NCBI GenBank assembly: GCA_030592425.1
Contig: JAUVJK010000001.1
Location: 1 to 62,897, forward strand
Reading direction: 5' to 3'
From: Candidatus Moraniibacteriota bacterium
GTDB taxonomy: Bacteria; Patescibacteriota; Minisyncoccia; Moranbacterales; GCA-2747515
Length of the DNA stretch: 62,897 bases
Numbering within the stretch: position 1 is the stretch's first letter; every line of letters begins with the position of its first letter. The translations under genes and the position numbers were made by a program. Positions 27,849-37,221 of the stretch are shown here, in pieces. The notes beneath the pieces are model-generated. The model was given only the letters and a program-made list of their open reading frames with translations. It had not been told where the DNA came from and ran no database searches.

Positions 27849-28724
27849 TTAATTCATACGATCGACTTCTATTGTACACGACGCTTTTGATTCTGAACAA
27901 ATATACTGGATTGTTCCCATTTCATCAGTGCGCAGGATCTTCACATCAGCTGTAGAAAAACGATCCAGAACTTCTTGTACCGGATGACCATAACGATTAT
28001 CTTTACCCGCAGAGATCACGGTATCACGTGGCATAATACGCGAAAGAAATTTGTCACTCGTTGATGACTTGGAGCCGTGATGACTCGCTTTGAGAACGGT
28101 AATCTCGTCTGTCAGTGGCAGGAGATCTTCTTGATCTCGTGGCAGATCACCCCCAAGGAAAAATTGTTCATCACCAACGCGAAAAATACCACTCACACTC
28201 ATCGCATTCCAATCATTAGAAGAATCTGTGTCAACATGATCAAAAGGATAGACAATAGAAAATTCTGCCCCCGAGGGAAATGTGATCGTATGACCATAAT
28301 ACGCTTCGATCACATCAATATTATTGCGATCAATCATGTCACTAAGTGCTACAAAAGTTTTACTATCTTTTTGTGCATTTGTCATCATGATTTGTTCCAC
28401 GTTATATTGTGTAATAACATCGACAAGACCATTAATATGATCTTCATCAGGATGTGTCGCAATCACTGTTTCGATTGTGCGATCCCAAAAGGGCATGTAT
28501 GCACCAAGTCGTTCAAGAAGTAATGTGCCATTGGGCCCACCATCGATCAATATTTGATTACTACCTTCACTGATGAGTATTGCATCACCTTGTCCAATAT
28601 CAAAAAATGTCACGCGCGTATCTTCTGCACGACGCGCAAGCACGATCATACCTGCACAGATCAATGTAAATGCAAAGAAAATTGCAAACATCGTATAAAT
28701 AGTCTTACGGTAACGCGGTGACAT
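27849..28724 (-). CDS. comEC: ComEC/Rec2 C-terminal metallo-beta-lactamase domain protein (separate ORF)
   Basis: TM helix, then FFDIGQGDAILI, ATHPDEDHINGL, KASHHGSKSS, NRYGHP. The ATG lies inside the last 20 nt of the upstream comEC ORF. Confidence 0.9.
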   Translation of the reverse strand: MSPRYRKTIYTMFAIFFAFTLICAGMIVLARRAEDTRVTFFDIGQGDAILISEGSNQILIDGGPNGTLLLERLGAYMPFWDRTIETVIATHPDEDHINGLVDVITQYNVEQIMMTNAQKDSKTFVALSDMIDRNNIDVIEAYYGHTITFPSGAEFSIVYPFDHVDTDSSNDWNAMSVSGIFRVGDEQFFLGGDLPRDQEDLLPLTDEITVLKASHHGSKSSTSDKFLSRIMPRDTVISAGKDNRYGHPVQEVLDRFSTADVKILRTDEMGTIQYICSESKASCTIEVDRMN

Positions 28725-30180
28725 AACGTTTTCTCAAATAAATTAAGATCGCAATGAGAAGGATATAATATAGTATAACAGAGAAAATCGACAATGCCTC
28801 GATCTGCCGATAACTCCATTCTTGCTGTGCAAAGAAAGAAATGATTGCAACTTCATAAGACAACAACGTATGTGCAAACCATCCAGCAACCATCGCCAAC
28901 GGCACGAAGATTGACCCTACTACAGCAGCAATAAAAACAAATAACATCGTGATTGGAATGATCGGTAAAATAAGGACGTTGACCAAGAGTGAAATGAAGG
29001 AAATGATATGAAAATTATAGATAATGATCGGCACAACAAAGATCTGGGCACATAACGTCAGAAAGAGGATTTCTGTAATACCAAGTGCTCGTACCCGCTT
29101 TACAAAAAAATGATCAAATAAAGGAAAAAGAAGGATAATCCCAAGCGTCGCTAGAAATGATAATTGAAATCCAATATCATAACGTAGCAATAAAGGGTTA
29201 AATAAAAGCATACTAGCACCAGCGATCACGATCGCATTTTGAGCCTCCCCCATCCGCCCACTTCGCAAGGCAAAAAGAAGTAGCATGCCCATAATTGCAG
29301 CGCGTACACCTGATGAAGGAAAACCAATCATTGCAACAAAGAGAAAAATTCCTGCAAGCGATAGCCACAAAGCCTGTCGACGCCAGAGACCAAGTGCAAT
29401 ACCGACGATGATCAAATACTGCGCAATGATCGTTACATTATAGCCGCTTACTGCAACAATATGAGTCATTCCTGTAAGAGAAAAAGCATTTTGCAATTCT
29501 TCACTCAAACGGTCATCACCACCAAAAAGAAGTCCATTAGCCAACGCTGCTTGTGGTGCAACAATCACACTGTTTACATTTGTCTCCATTGTCTGACGAA
29601 GTGCAATAACACGTCCATAAAGCGACTCCTCATGTGCAATGAAGTTGATCGTCGTATCTGCACATTGATAATTAATACTACTCTTAGCCAGATACATACG
29701 ATAATCAAAACCATTATCTCTATTTTGCGGCGTTTCCAATATGCATGAAAGTGCAATACGGTCACCATAGGCAATATTTTCGTAGCGATCGACACGCACA
29801 AGAGCCCGCTGGTCATCATCAATCTCGACAATGATATTTTGATAACGTTCTTTGATAACAGGTTCTTTAACAATGATCGTTTCACGTTCAAAATGTTGTC
29901 CTGCAAATACCGTATGATCCGTCCTTTGTAATGCATGATCCATTTGTACAGCACCAAAAATAGTACAAATGATAAACAAAACAATCACACGCGATAGTGG
30001 TATACGCCACAATGCGAATAATACGATCAGAACCATGATCACAAGAATGCTGGAGAAAAAGAAAAGATCTCCAATAAGATAAGACCGACTAAAAACACCA
30101 GCTATAATGCCACATGCCCCGAAAAGAAAAAAGACCGATGGATGGACCAATCGCTCTTTTTTATGCAATATGCCATTCAT
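28705..30180 (-). CDS. comEC: ComEC/Rec2 N-terminal + competence (membrane channel) domain protein
   Basis: 491 aa polytopic; LTGMTHIVAVSGYNVTII competence-domain signature. Confidence 0.9.
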   Translation of the reverse strand: MNGILHKKERLVHPSVFFLFGACGIIAGVFSRSYLIGDLFFFSSILVIMVLIVLFALWRIPLSRVIVLFIICTIFGAVQMDHALQRTDHTVFAGQHFERETIIVKEPVIKERYQNIIVEIDDDQRALVRVDRYENIAYGDRIALSCILETPQNRDNGFDYRMYLAKSSINYQCADTTINFIAHEESLYGRVIALRQTMETNVNSVIVAPQAALANGLLFGGDDRLSEELQNAFSLTGMTHIVAVSGYNVTIIAQYLIIVGIALGLWRRQALWLSLAGIFLFVAMIGFPSSGVRAAIMGMLLLFALRSGRMGEAQNAIVIAGASMLLFNPLLLRYDIGFQLSFLATLGIILLFPLFDHFFVKRVRALGITEILFLTLCAQIFVVPIIIYNFHIISFISLLVNVLILPIIPITMLFVFIAAVVGSIFVPLAMVAGWFAHTLLSYEVAIISFFAQQEWSYRQIEALSIFSVILYYILLIAILIYLRKRYVTALP

Positions 30181-30398
30181 AGCTTGATATCAATGATTTT
30201 TGTACGTGTATGTATATTTCGCACAATCGTGATCAAACTCTTTGGACTATGAAAATATTCACTAAGAATCTTGATTAATTCTTTATTTTCTCCACCATCC
30301 ACAGGAGATACAGAAAGACGCACTTGATATTTATTTTTCTCGATCTCTTCAATAACATTTCTTTTTGCGTGTAACATGACTTTCACTGTAATACGCAT
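30177..30398 (-). CDS. DUF167/YggU-family protein
   Basis: 73 aa; PVDGGENKELIKILSEYFHSPKSLITIVRNIHTRTKIIDI matches the YggU pattern (..G.AN..L...L......i.iv.G..sr.K.i.i). Confidence 0.75.
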   Translation of the reverse strand: MRITVKVMLHAKRNVIEEIEKNKYQVRLSVSPVDGGENKELIKILSEYFHSPKSLITIVRNIHTRTKIIDIKL

Positions 30399-30407
30399 AA
30401 AGACTCC

Positions 30408-30854
30408 TTATTTTAGCTGTTTGAGCATCTTCTCGAAGCTTTCAACACTTCCAAATCCCTTATAAACACTTGCAAAACGAATAAAGGCAACCTCATCTGT
30501 ATCCCTCAATTTATCCATGATCATCTTTCCAATTTTTTTACTCTCGATCTTTCGTTTTTCACTTGCTTGAAGATCATATTCAATTTCATTGAGGATCTTC
30601 TGGATCTTTTCTTCGTTAACAGGACGTTTTTCAAGCGCTTTACGCAATCCAACTTCGATCTTGCGACGATCATAATCTTCTTTCTCGCCGCTCCTCTTCA
30701 CAACGGTAAAACGAACAATCTCAATTTCTTCATAGGTCGTAAAGCGTTCCTCACATTTGGAACACTGTCGTCGTCGACGCACTGACTTCCCGCCCTTGGT
30801 GACACGTGAATCAATGACCTGTGTTTGTTTGTAGCTACAAAGTGGACAATACAT
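30408..30854 (-). CDS. nrdR: transcriptional repressor NrdR
   Basis: MYCPLCSYKQTQVIDSR...CSKCEERFTTYE zinc ribbon followed by an ATP-cone. Confidence 0.95.
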   Translation of the reverse strand: MYCPLCSYKQTQVIDSRVTKGGKSVRRRRQCSKCEERFTTYEEIEIVRFTVVKRSGEKEDYDRRKIEVGLRKALEKRPVNEEKIQKILNEIEYDLQASEKRKIESKKIGKMIMDKLRDTDEVAFIRFASVYKGFGSVESFEKMLKQLK

Positions 30855-30895
30855 AATATTCTTTATTTAATATCTCTATCGTACCATTTTCTATT

Positions 30896-30930
30896 AAAAA
30901 GAAAAACCAGCATACCATTTGGTAAGCTGG
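30896..30930 (-). terminator. Rho-independent terminator
   Basis: 10-bp stem CCAGCATACC/GGTAAGCTGG (1 mismatch), followed on the minus strand by TTTTTCTTTTT. Confidence 0.6.
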
Positions 30931-30952
30931 ATACAGTGTTTTTTTGAATAAT

Positions 30953-31585
30953 TCAATCCCAATGAGCAACAGTACAAATTTGTCGTTTTTCAAAGGGAAG
31001 GTATCTCTGCTGCGGATGTCGGACTTGAAGAAATGGATCCTTACGTGCATATTGAATACGCAGTTCAAGATAAGGACTAATTTTCTGTAGACGCTCCACA
31101 AGGTGAAAAACCTCCATTGGCGCACTATAATTCATGAGTAAATAATCACTTCCCATGACAGATTCCCATGGCGTCTCATGCCACGACACAAATACACTGT
31201 ACTCTGATGCCCAATAAAAAGACAATAAGTAGGCCAAAGTACCAAGCGCAATACAAAACGATAGAAATCCGATCCCAAGATCTTCAATCGGCATTAGCCA
31301 TACGATCACATTACTCATGAACGCAAACAAAGAGATTGCCCAGATAATCAATATACCAACCGTCACTCTACGAACTATTGTGCTATGACGCGAAAGTATT
31401 TTACCGATCATTGCAATGAATGGATAAACATCTCTCTCAACAAGGGCATCTTTATGCATCGAAATCTCATATTTTGATAGCATTGAAATACCACATTGAA
31501 CCAAGTATTTTTGCAATGAGATCATTCGATGTGCTTCAGGATGTCCAGAAAGAAAAAATGTAAAAGGTACTGTAGGCGTTGTCAT
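30953..31585 (-). CDS. hypothetical 2-TM membrane protein (paralogue family A)
   Basis: 210 aa; RBS AGGGGGA. Shares GHPE.., W..tpWeSV and LELRIQY motifs with 31733..32344. Confidence 0.7.
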   Translation of the reverse strand: MTTPTVPFTFFLSGHPEAHRMISLQKYLVQCGISMLSKYEISMHKDALVERDVYPFIAMIGKILSRHSTIVRRVTVGILIIWAISLFAFMSNVIVWLMPIEDLGIGFLSFCIALGTLAYLLSFYWASEYSVFVSWHETPWESVMGSDYLLMNYSAPMEVFHLVERLQKISPYLELRIQYARKDPFLQVRHPQQRYLPFEKRQICTVAHWD

Positions 31586-31680
31586 TTTTCAATCCCCCTA
31601 TGGATATACTGGTAATTTACCAGCGATCTCTACTGTAGCGTAGCGCTGTGTATTTTGCAATTTCATTACTATACTCTGTA

Positions 31681-31715
31681 AAGAAAAAACCAGTCACCTA
31701 TTTCAGATTACTGGT
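31681..31715 (-). terminator. terminator-like hairpin
   Basis: ACCAGT-N15-ACTGGT, followed on the minus strand by TTTTTTCTT, 18 nt after the stop of 31733..32344. Confidence 0.4.
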
Positions 31716-31732
31716 CAAATTGTGTTTTCTAT

Positions 31733-32344
31733 CTAATGCCAAAATTGAGCGAAATATGTTTTATATGTTCGTGAATCATAGATATTAAGAAATGCACCCG
31801 ATCTATTTACACCATCCTCGAGAGTATATTGAATACGCACCCTCAGCTCGCTATTTACTTCAGAAAGCTTCTCTAAGTATAATGAAATACTCTGCGGTAT
31901 CGATTCATCATCTCGCGCCTTCATTTTTTTCCAATCATCAATTGAGATCCATTTTGTATAGTACCATTTTCGAATAAGGCCTATGCCTTTTAGATAATCA
32001 CGAAACCCAGCAATGATCACAGTAAGTACGAATAATACTAGACAGATCACTCCAAATGAGGTCACATTATCAAAGCTTGGCGTTGACCACCATTGTCTTA
32101 GATGATATATAGTAAAACCAAAAGCAAACAGAGTGAGAACCAAAAATGATAAGTAGACATACATAAAAGAATAGGCATAACGCACATGAAAATATTTCAG
32201 CCATAAAAAATATCTACTCTTTGTAGGAGTTGTCAGAAGATTGATGTACTGACACACCTTTTCACGGGATAGAAAAGAAAGATGTTTCCCTTTAAGGCAC
32301 TTTGTAAGTGAATCTGGATGTCGATTCCTAAAAGAACAACTCAT
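31733..32344 (-). CDS. hypothetical 2-TM membrane protein (paralogue family A)
   Basis: Trimmed to ATG 32342-32344, preceded by AAAGGAGAA. C-terminal LRVRIQY and ..FAQFWH parallel LELRIQY and ..TVAHWD of the neighbouring gene. Confidence 0.7.
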   Translation of the reverse strand: MSCSFRNRHPDSLTKCLKGKHLSFLSREKVCQYINLLTTPTKSRYFLWLKYFHVRYAYSFMYVYLSFLVLTLFAFGFTIYHLRQWWSTPSFDNVTSFGVICLVLFVLTVIIAGFRDYLKGIGLIRKWYYTKWISIDDWKKMKARDDESIPQSISLYLEKLSEVNSELRVRIQYTLEDGVNRSGAFLNIYDSRTYKTYFAQFWH

Positions 32345-32460
32345 TATCGTTTCTCCTTTCACTAAATTTGAATACAACAGAAATAATCAGTAGCACCACC
32401 GTACAGTACAAAATTCTATTTGTCAATGCAATAAACATCTTCTATCTTCTTTATACGATC

Positions 32461-32485
32461 AAAAAACCCTATACAAATTGCATAG
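32461..32485 (-). terminator. terminator-like hairpin after ftsZ
   Basis: CTATACA-AAT-TGCATAG (1 mismatch), followed on the minus strand by GGTTTTTT. Confidence 0.45.
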
Positions 32486-32520
32486 AGTTCTGAAAAATTT
32501 TTATAAAATATTTCGTCCCT

Positions 32521-33762
32521 TTATTTCTTTGTCATTTTACGACGGATAAATGCGGGAACATCCAATTCATCTTCTTCCAATTTCATTTTTCCAACGTCTT
32601 TTGATTGTGGACGTGGCGGCACTTTTTCTTCAATGATCATTGTACTAGGCTCCATTTGTTTTCGTGGAAAAGTCGCAGGTTCAAGTGGATCTGTTTCAAC
32701 AGGTTGCGGTGCTACAGGCTGCACTTCTGGCTTTTTTTCAGCAACGTCATTTGTACGATCAAGAGCAGTTCGTGTCAAAAGTTCTTCTGTTGTCTCTTGA
32801 ATACTTTCTGCATCAAATCCAGTTGCAACAACAGTGATCTGAATCTCTCCCTTACGGATCTGATCATCAACAACAGCACCAAAGATCACCTTCGCATTTG
32901 GATCAATTGACTCTGTAATAATCGTTGCTGCATCGTTGATCTCCATCATCGTAACATCTGTACTACCAGAAACATTAAAGAGAACACCTAGCGCACCATC
33001 AATTGAGATCTCCAAAAGTGGACTATTAATAGCGGCTTTCGCAGCTTCTGCTGCACGATCTTCACCAGATGACACACCAATTCCCATCAATGCTGATCCA
33101 GAATTTTTCATGATCGCACGTACATCGGCAAAGTCAACATTAACAATACCAGGTTTCGTGATCAGATCAGAGATCCCCTGTACACCCTGCCTAAGTACAT
33201 CATCAACAATACGGAAAGAATTCATCAAAGTTGTCTTACGATCAATAATCGAAAGAAGTTTATCATTTGGGATCGTGATCAATGTATCTACACGCTCCTG
33301 CAATGCAAGGAGACCTTCCTCAGCGATACTGCGACGTTGCATCCCCTCAAATGTAAATGGCTTCGTTACAACACCAACAGTCAATGCACCAAGTTCACGC
33401 GCTGCTTCTGCAACGATTGGCGCAGCGCCCGTTCCCGTTCCACCACCAAGTCCACAAGTTACAAAAACCATGTCAGACCCTTTTAATACCTCCGTGATCT
33501 CTTCACGATTTTCTTCTGCTGCTTGTCGTCCAACTTCGGGATTCATTCCTGCACCAAGACCTTTTGTTAAATTTTTTCCAATATGTACTTTTTCTGATGC
33601 AGCTGATTGATGAAGTGCTTGTGAATCCGTATTGATCGCAACAAATTCGACACCACGCACTTTTTGGTCGATCATGCGTGTAATTGCATTATTTCCTGAG
33701 CCTCCAACACCAACAACTTTAATACGTGCGAATGTTTCAATTTCTGGTTTCACTTCAGCCAT
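32521..33762 (-). CDS. ftsZ: cell division protein FtsZ
   Basis: [21 protein letters not shown] tubulin signature; 413 aa. Confidence 0.99.
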   Translation of the reverse strand: MAEVKPEIETFARIKVVGVGGSGNNAITRMIDQKVRGVEFVAINTDSQALHQSAASEKVHIGKNLTKGLGAGMNPEVGRQAAEENREEITEVLKGSDMVFVTCGLGGGTGTGAAPIVAEAARELGALTVGVVTKPFTFEGMQRRSIAEEGLLALQERVDTLITIPNDKLLSIIDRKTTLMNSFRIVDDVLRQGVQGISDLITKPGIVNVDFADVRAIMKNSGSALMGIGVSSGEDRAAEAAKAAINSPLLEISIDGALGVLFNVSGSTDVTMMEINDAATIITESIDPNAKVIFGAVVDDQIRKGEIQITVVATGFDAESIQETTEELLTRTALDRTNDVAEKKPEVQPVAPQPVETDPLEPATFPRKQMEPSTMIIEEKVPPRPQSKDVGKMKLEEDELDVPAFIRRKMTKK

Positions 33763-33921
33763 AAGATTGCTATGTTTTATGAGTCACACATTACTTAGAA
33801 AGATATTCTTTTGCAGTGATATTTTGTGCGAAACTCGTAATATTTTTTATTCAATGGTTATACTATTACGGTAGTGAACTGTAACATGACATTTATCATT
33901 TCGTCAAGTATCACATATCTT

Positions 33922-35172
33922 TTATGGTAAAAATTTCTCAAACCACGCACGCATTCTACGCACCATACCACCAGCGCCATCAACAGCGCCACCGATGATC
34001 CCTGACCCAAATCCATCAACTGTTTCTTGCTCCACACCCCAAAGCACAAGACCAACGACTGTTGCATATTCTGGACGATCAACATGATCCATAACACCAG
34101 TAATTTCTTGTGGTACACCAATTTGTGCTGGTAAGCCAAGTGCACGTTTTGCATATGGAACAATACCAGGTAATTCCGCACCACCACCTGTAATAACAGC
34201 CCCAGCTGGCAATAAACCATCTTTTCCGACAGAATGCAATTCTTTTTGTACTAATTCAAAAATTTCTCCTAATCGTGCTTCAATAATCTCAATAATATGT
34301 CGGTGTAAAACGGTTCCTTCTTCAGAAGAGTCAACTTGTGCCACATCGCTCTCATCACCTGCGCCAATGCCATCAAATGTCGCGCTACCATATTCGATTT
34401 TCACTTTTTCTGCAATATCAATCGTTGTACGTAAGCCAATTGCGACATCACTTGTAATATAGCCTGATCCAACAGGAAGCACTGCTGTATGTACAAGATT
34501 ACCTTCCTCAAAAACAGCAAGAGATGTTGTTGAGGCACCAATATCGATCATAACGACACCAAGCTCTTTTTGTTTTTTATCAAGAACAGAAGTTGCTGTA
34601 GCAAGTGGAGAAAGGATCATTTCATCAGCATCGAGTTGTGCCTTTTGCAAAACAGCAGAAATATTCTTTATATGGATTGATGGAACTTCCACAACAAGGG
34701 CATCAACTTCAAGTCGTACACCATTCATGCCGACAGGATCCTTAATGTCATTTTGATTATCGAGATTGTAAGTATTTGGAATGATATGAATCACCTCTTT
34801 GTTCGCAGGAACCGTAACAGCTTGAGCTGCAGCGATCACGCGGTCCACATCATCATCCGTCACCTCACCATCAGCACGACCGATCGCAACAACACCTTTT
34901 GATTCTTGTACACTGACATCTGCGCCACCAATACTCACATACACACTTTTTACCTGTATGCCAGACATTTCTTCTGCTTTATGAAGAGATTCATCGATTG
35001 CTTCAGCGACATCACTCACATCGGTAATTGCCCCACGTCGCAAACCACTCGATGAAACATCACCAACACCAATAATACGCACAGAATGTTCTTCTGGAAC
35101 AATTTCACCGATTACTGTACGCACTGCATGCGCACCAATGTCGATGCCAGTTACGTAATGTTGTTTAGCCAT
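33922..35172 (-). CDS. ftsA: cell division protein FtsA
   Basis: Actin-like ATPase motifs GIDIGAHAVR, IDIGASTTS, ITGGGAELPG; upstream of ftsZ. Confidence 0.96.
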   Translation of the reverse strand: MAKQHYVTGIDIGAHAVRTVIGEIVPEEHSVRIIGVGDVSSSGLRRGAITDVSDVAEAIDESLHKAEEMSGIQVKSVYVSIGGADVSVQESKGVVAIGRADGEVTDDDVDRVIAAAQAVTVPANKEVIHIIPNTYNLDNQNDIKDPVGMNGVRLEVDALVVEVPSIHIKNISAVLQKAQLDADEMILSPLATATSVLDKKQKELGVVMIDIGASTTSLAVFEEGNLVHTAVLPVGSGYITSDVAIGLRTTIDIAEKVKIEYGSATFDGIGAGDESDVAQVDSSEEGTVLHRHIIEIIEARLGEIFELVQKELHSVGKDGLLPAGAVITGGGAELPGIVPYAKRALGLPAQIGVPQEITGVMDHVDRPEYATVVGLVLWGVEQETVDGFGSGIIGGAVDGAGGMVRRMRAWFEKFLP

Positions 35173-35548
35173 AAATTATTAATTTTATAAATTCAATGAG
35201 ATACGGTAAAAGGACGATCAGACCAATTGTTGCGGCTCCCATTGTAGAGAGAAGAACCGCTGATGCCATCAAATCTTTGATTACGCGCGCATATGGATGA
35301 ATACGTGGTTTTAGTATATCAACAATACGTTCTGTCGCCGTATTTACTAATTCCATTGCGAGGACCCATATGATCATGACAACAAGGATAACGACATGCC
35401 ATCCGTTAACACTTAATATGAACATCAGCACAACAACGAGAATTCCGATAAATACTTCTATGCGAAAATTTCGTTCGTGTCGAAATGCATAACGGACACC
35501 ACGCAATGCTGCTTTCATACTTTTGCGGAAACTATTCATAGATCGCAT
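35165..35548 (-). CDS. dgkA: diacylglycerol/undecaprenol kinase (DgkA family)
   Basis: RHERNFRIE..., MELVNTATERIVD motif, 3 TM helices. Confidence 0.88.
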   Translation of the reverse strand: MRSMNSFRKSMKAALRGVRYAFRHERNFRIEVFIGILVVVLMFILSVNGWHVVILVVMIIWVLAMELVNTATERIVDILKPRIHPYARVIKDLMASAVLLSTMGAATIGLIVLLPYLIEFIKLIIYG

Positions 35549-36002
35549 ACTTTATGATCATGTTCTTACTAACACTATCTTGTAGAGTGAACATTTCCTC
35601 CCCATGTTCATAGCCCATCAAATGTAAGATGCCATGAGATACAATAAAAGAAAGTTCATGAAGGAAATGAACATTACCAATTATAGCAGACTCTTTAATA
35701 AAGTCATAACAGACGATCAATTCTCCAAGGAAAATATCTTTTCCTTCATGCTCTTTTACTGCACCACGTCGATCAAATTCGCCAATCGAAAGAATATCTG
35801 TCACGACATCTTTATGGCGCAATGATTTATTTAACTTTTGTATTGCATCTTTGTCAATAACAGAAAAACTCACTGTGATTTGTGTTGCAGGATCGAGATC
35901 TGGTTGTGCAAGAGAAATTGTTTGCATAATAACATCAGCAAGAAGCACCTCGTGATCGTCGAGGTGCTTCGTGTGGTTTTCATACTCCAGTTCAATGGAC
36001 AT
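35532..36002 (-). CDS. ybeY: rRNA maturation endoribonuclease YbeY
   Basis: SHGILHLMGYEH zinc motif. Confidence 0.92.
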   Translation of the reverse strand: MSIELEYENHTKHLDDHEVLLADVIMQTISLAQPDLDPATQITVSFSVIDKDAIQKLNKSLRHKDVVTDILSIGEFDRRGAVKEHEGKDIFLGELIVCYDFIKESAIIGNVHFLHELSFIVSHGILHLMGYEHGEEMFTLQDSVSKNMIIKYAIYE

Positions 36003-36008
36003 AATATT

Positions 36009-36461
36009 CTATGAAAGTATTTCTAAAACAATTCGTCGAACATCATTACCATCAGCATTGCCGCTCAGCTCTTTCATTGACATTCCCATTATTTTCCCCA
36101 TATCAGATTGCGATGATGCACCACTATCCGCGATTGCTTTCTCAACAATGATGCGTATTTCTTCATCACTTGCCTCTGCCGGCAGATACGTAGCAAGAAT
36201 CTCAATCTCTTGATTTTCCTTTTGTGCAAGATCATCTCGTCCACCATCAGTAAATTGTGCTGCACTATCCTTACGTTGCTTTACAAGACGCTTGATGACA
36301 ACAATACTTTCTTCATCTGTAAATTCAGTAATAGCTTTCTTTTGCTCGATCGCCTCATTTTTCATCACACTTTCACACATGCGTAAAACATCACGGCGCA
36401 AGTGATCACCATTTTTCATTGCAACGATAAGATCCACGTGAATTTGTTCATGCAATTTCAT
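36009..36461 (-). CDS. yqeY: GatB/YqeY domain protein
   Basis: MKLHEQIHVDLIVAMKNGDHLRRDVLRM..., 150 aa. Confidence 0.85.
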   Translation of the reverse strand: MKLHEQIHVDLIVAMKNGDHLRRDVLRMCESVMKNEAIEQKKAITEFTDEESIVVIKRLVKQRKDSAAQFTDGGRDDLAQKENQEIEILATYLPAEASDEEIRIIVEKAIADSGASSQSDMGKIMGMSMKELSGNADGNDVRRIVLEILS

Positions 36462-36487
36462 ACTTTTTGTCTAGAAATAATTTACTT

Positions 36488-36751
36488 TTATTGTTGCCCT
36501 TGCTTGATCTTCTTCTTTAATTCGCGAAGTGTTTCATCATCAAAACGGCCCATTTTCTTAAGCTTACCAATTTCTTTACGAATCTTGTTTTTATATAAAG
36601 CTTCATCGCGACGCTCTATTTTACTCTTATCGCCTTTACGAAAACGACTACGACGCACCTCCATTAGTGTTCCGCTTTGTTGCACGCGACGCGTAAAACG
36701 TTTGATCAGATTCTCTGATGTTTCGCGATCTTTTTTCTGTACTTGTATCAT
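36488..36751 (-). CDS. rpsU: 30S ribosomal protein S21
   Basis: ENLIKRFTRRVQQSGTLMEVRRSRF.KGDKSK; RBS AAAGGAGG. Confidence 0.92.
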   Translation of the reverse strand: MIQVQKKDRETSENLIKRFTRRVQQSGTLMEVRRSRFRKGDKSKIERRDEALYKNKIRKEIGKLKKMGRFDDETLRELKKKIKQGQQ

Positions 36752-36865
36752 AATGTAGCCTCCTTTCTAAAAATATGTCCGAATTACATTATACGTGTAC
36801 CACGGACTAAAAAATGATCATTATGCTTTTCTGAAATAGCAAGAATACTCATTTTTCAGTTTGTA

Positions 36866-37216
36866 CTACACAGGATGGATATTTTCTGTCAGTGGTGCGC
36901 CACCAATGAGATGGAGATGTATATGTTGCACCTCTTGTCCACCATCATCGCCTGTACGGATGAGTAGTTTATAACCACTCTGCGCAATATCTTGTTCTTG
37001 TGCAAGTTTCTTCGCAACAACGATCAGTGCGCCCATCACATCTCCCTGCGAATCCGTGACATCATTCAAGGATGCAATATGCTCCTTTGGAATTACAAGA
37101 ATATGCACTGGTGCCAAAGGATGTGTATCCGTAAATGCGATTACAAGATCATCCTTATATAAGATCTCCGCAGAGATATCACCATTGATAATTTTACAAA
37201 AAAGACAATCCTTCAT
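36866..37216 (-). CDS. HIT-family (histidine triad) nucleotide hydrolase
   Basis: CLFCKII..., HIHLHLIGG histidine triad. Confidence 0.92.
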   Translation of the reverse strand: MKDCLFCKIINGDISAEILYKDDLVIAFTDTHPLAPVHILVIPKEHIASLNDVTDSQGDVMGALIVVAKKLAQEQDIAQSGYKLLIRTGDDGGQEVQHIHLHLIGGAPLTENIHPV

Positions 37217-37221
37217 AACTT

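Noticed and set aside
32936-33610. 224-aa plus-strand ORF
   Set aside because: It is antisense to ftsZ with a low-complexity Ser/Ala/Pro-rich translation, which marks it as a shadow ORF.
33858-34220. 120-aa minus-strand ORF overlapping the 3' part of ftsA in another frame
   Set aside because: The FtsA frame is unambiguous across this region, and the alternative frame has odd composition and no independent signals.
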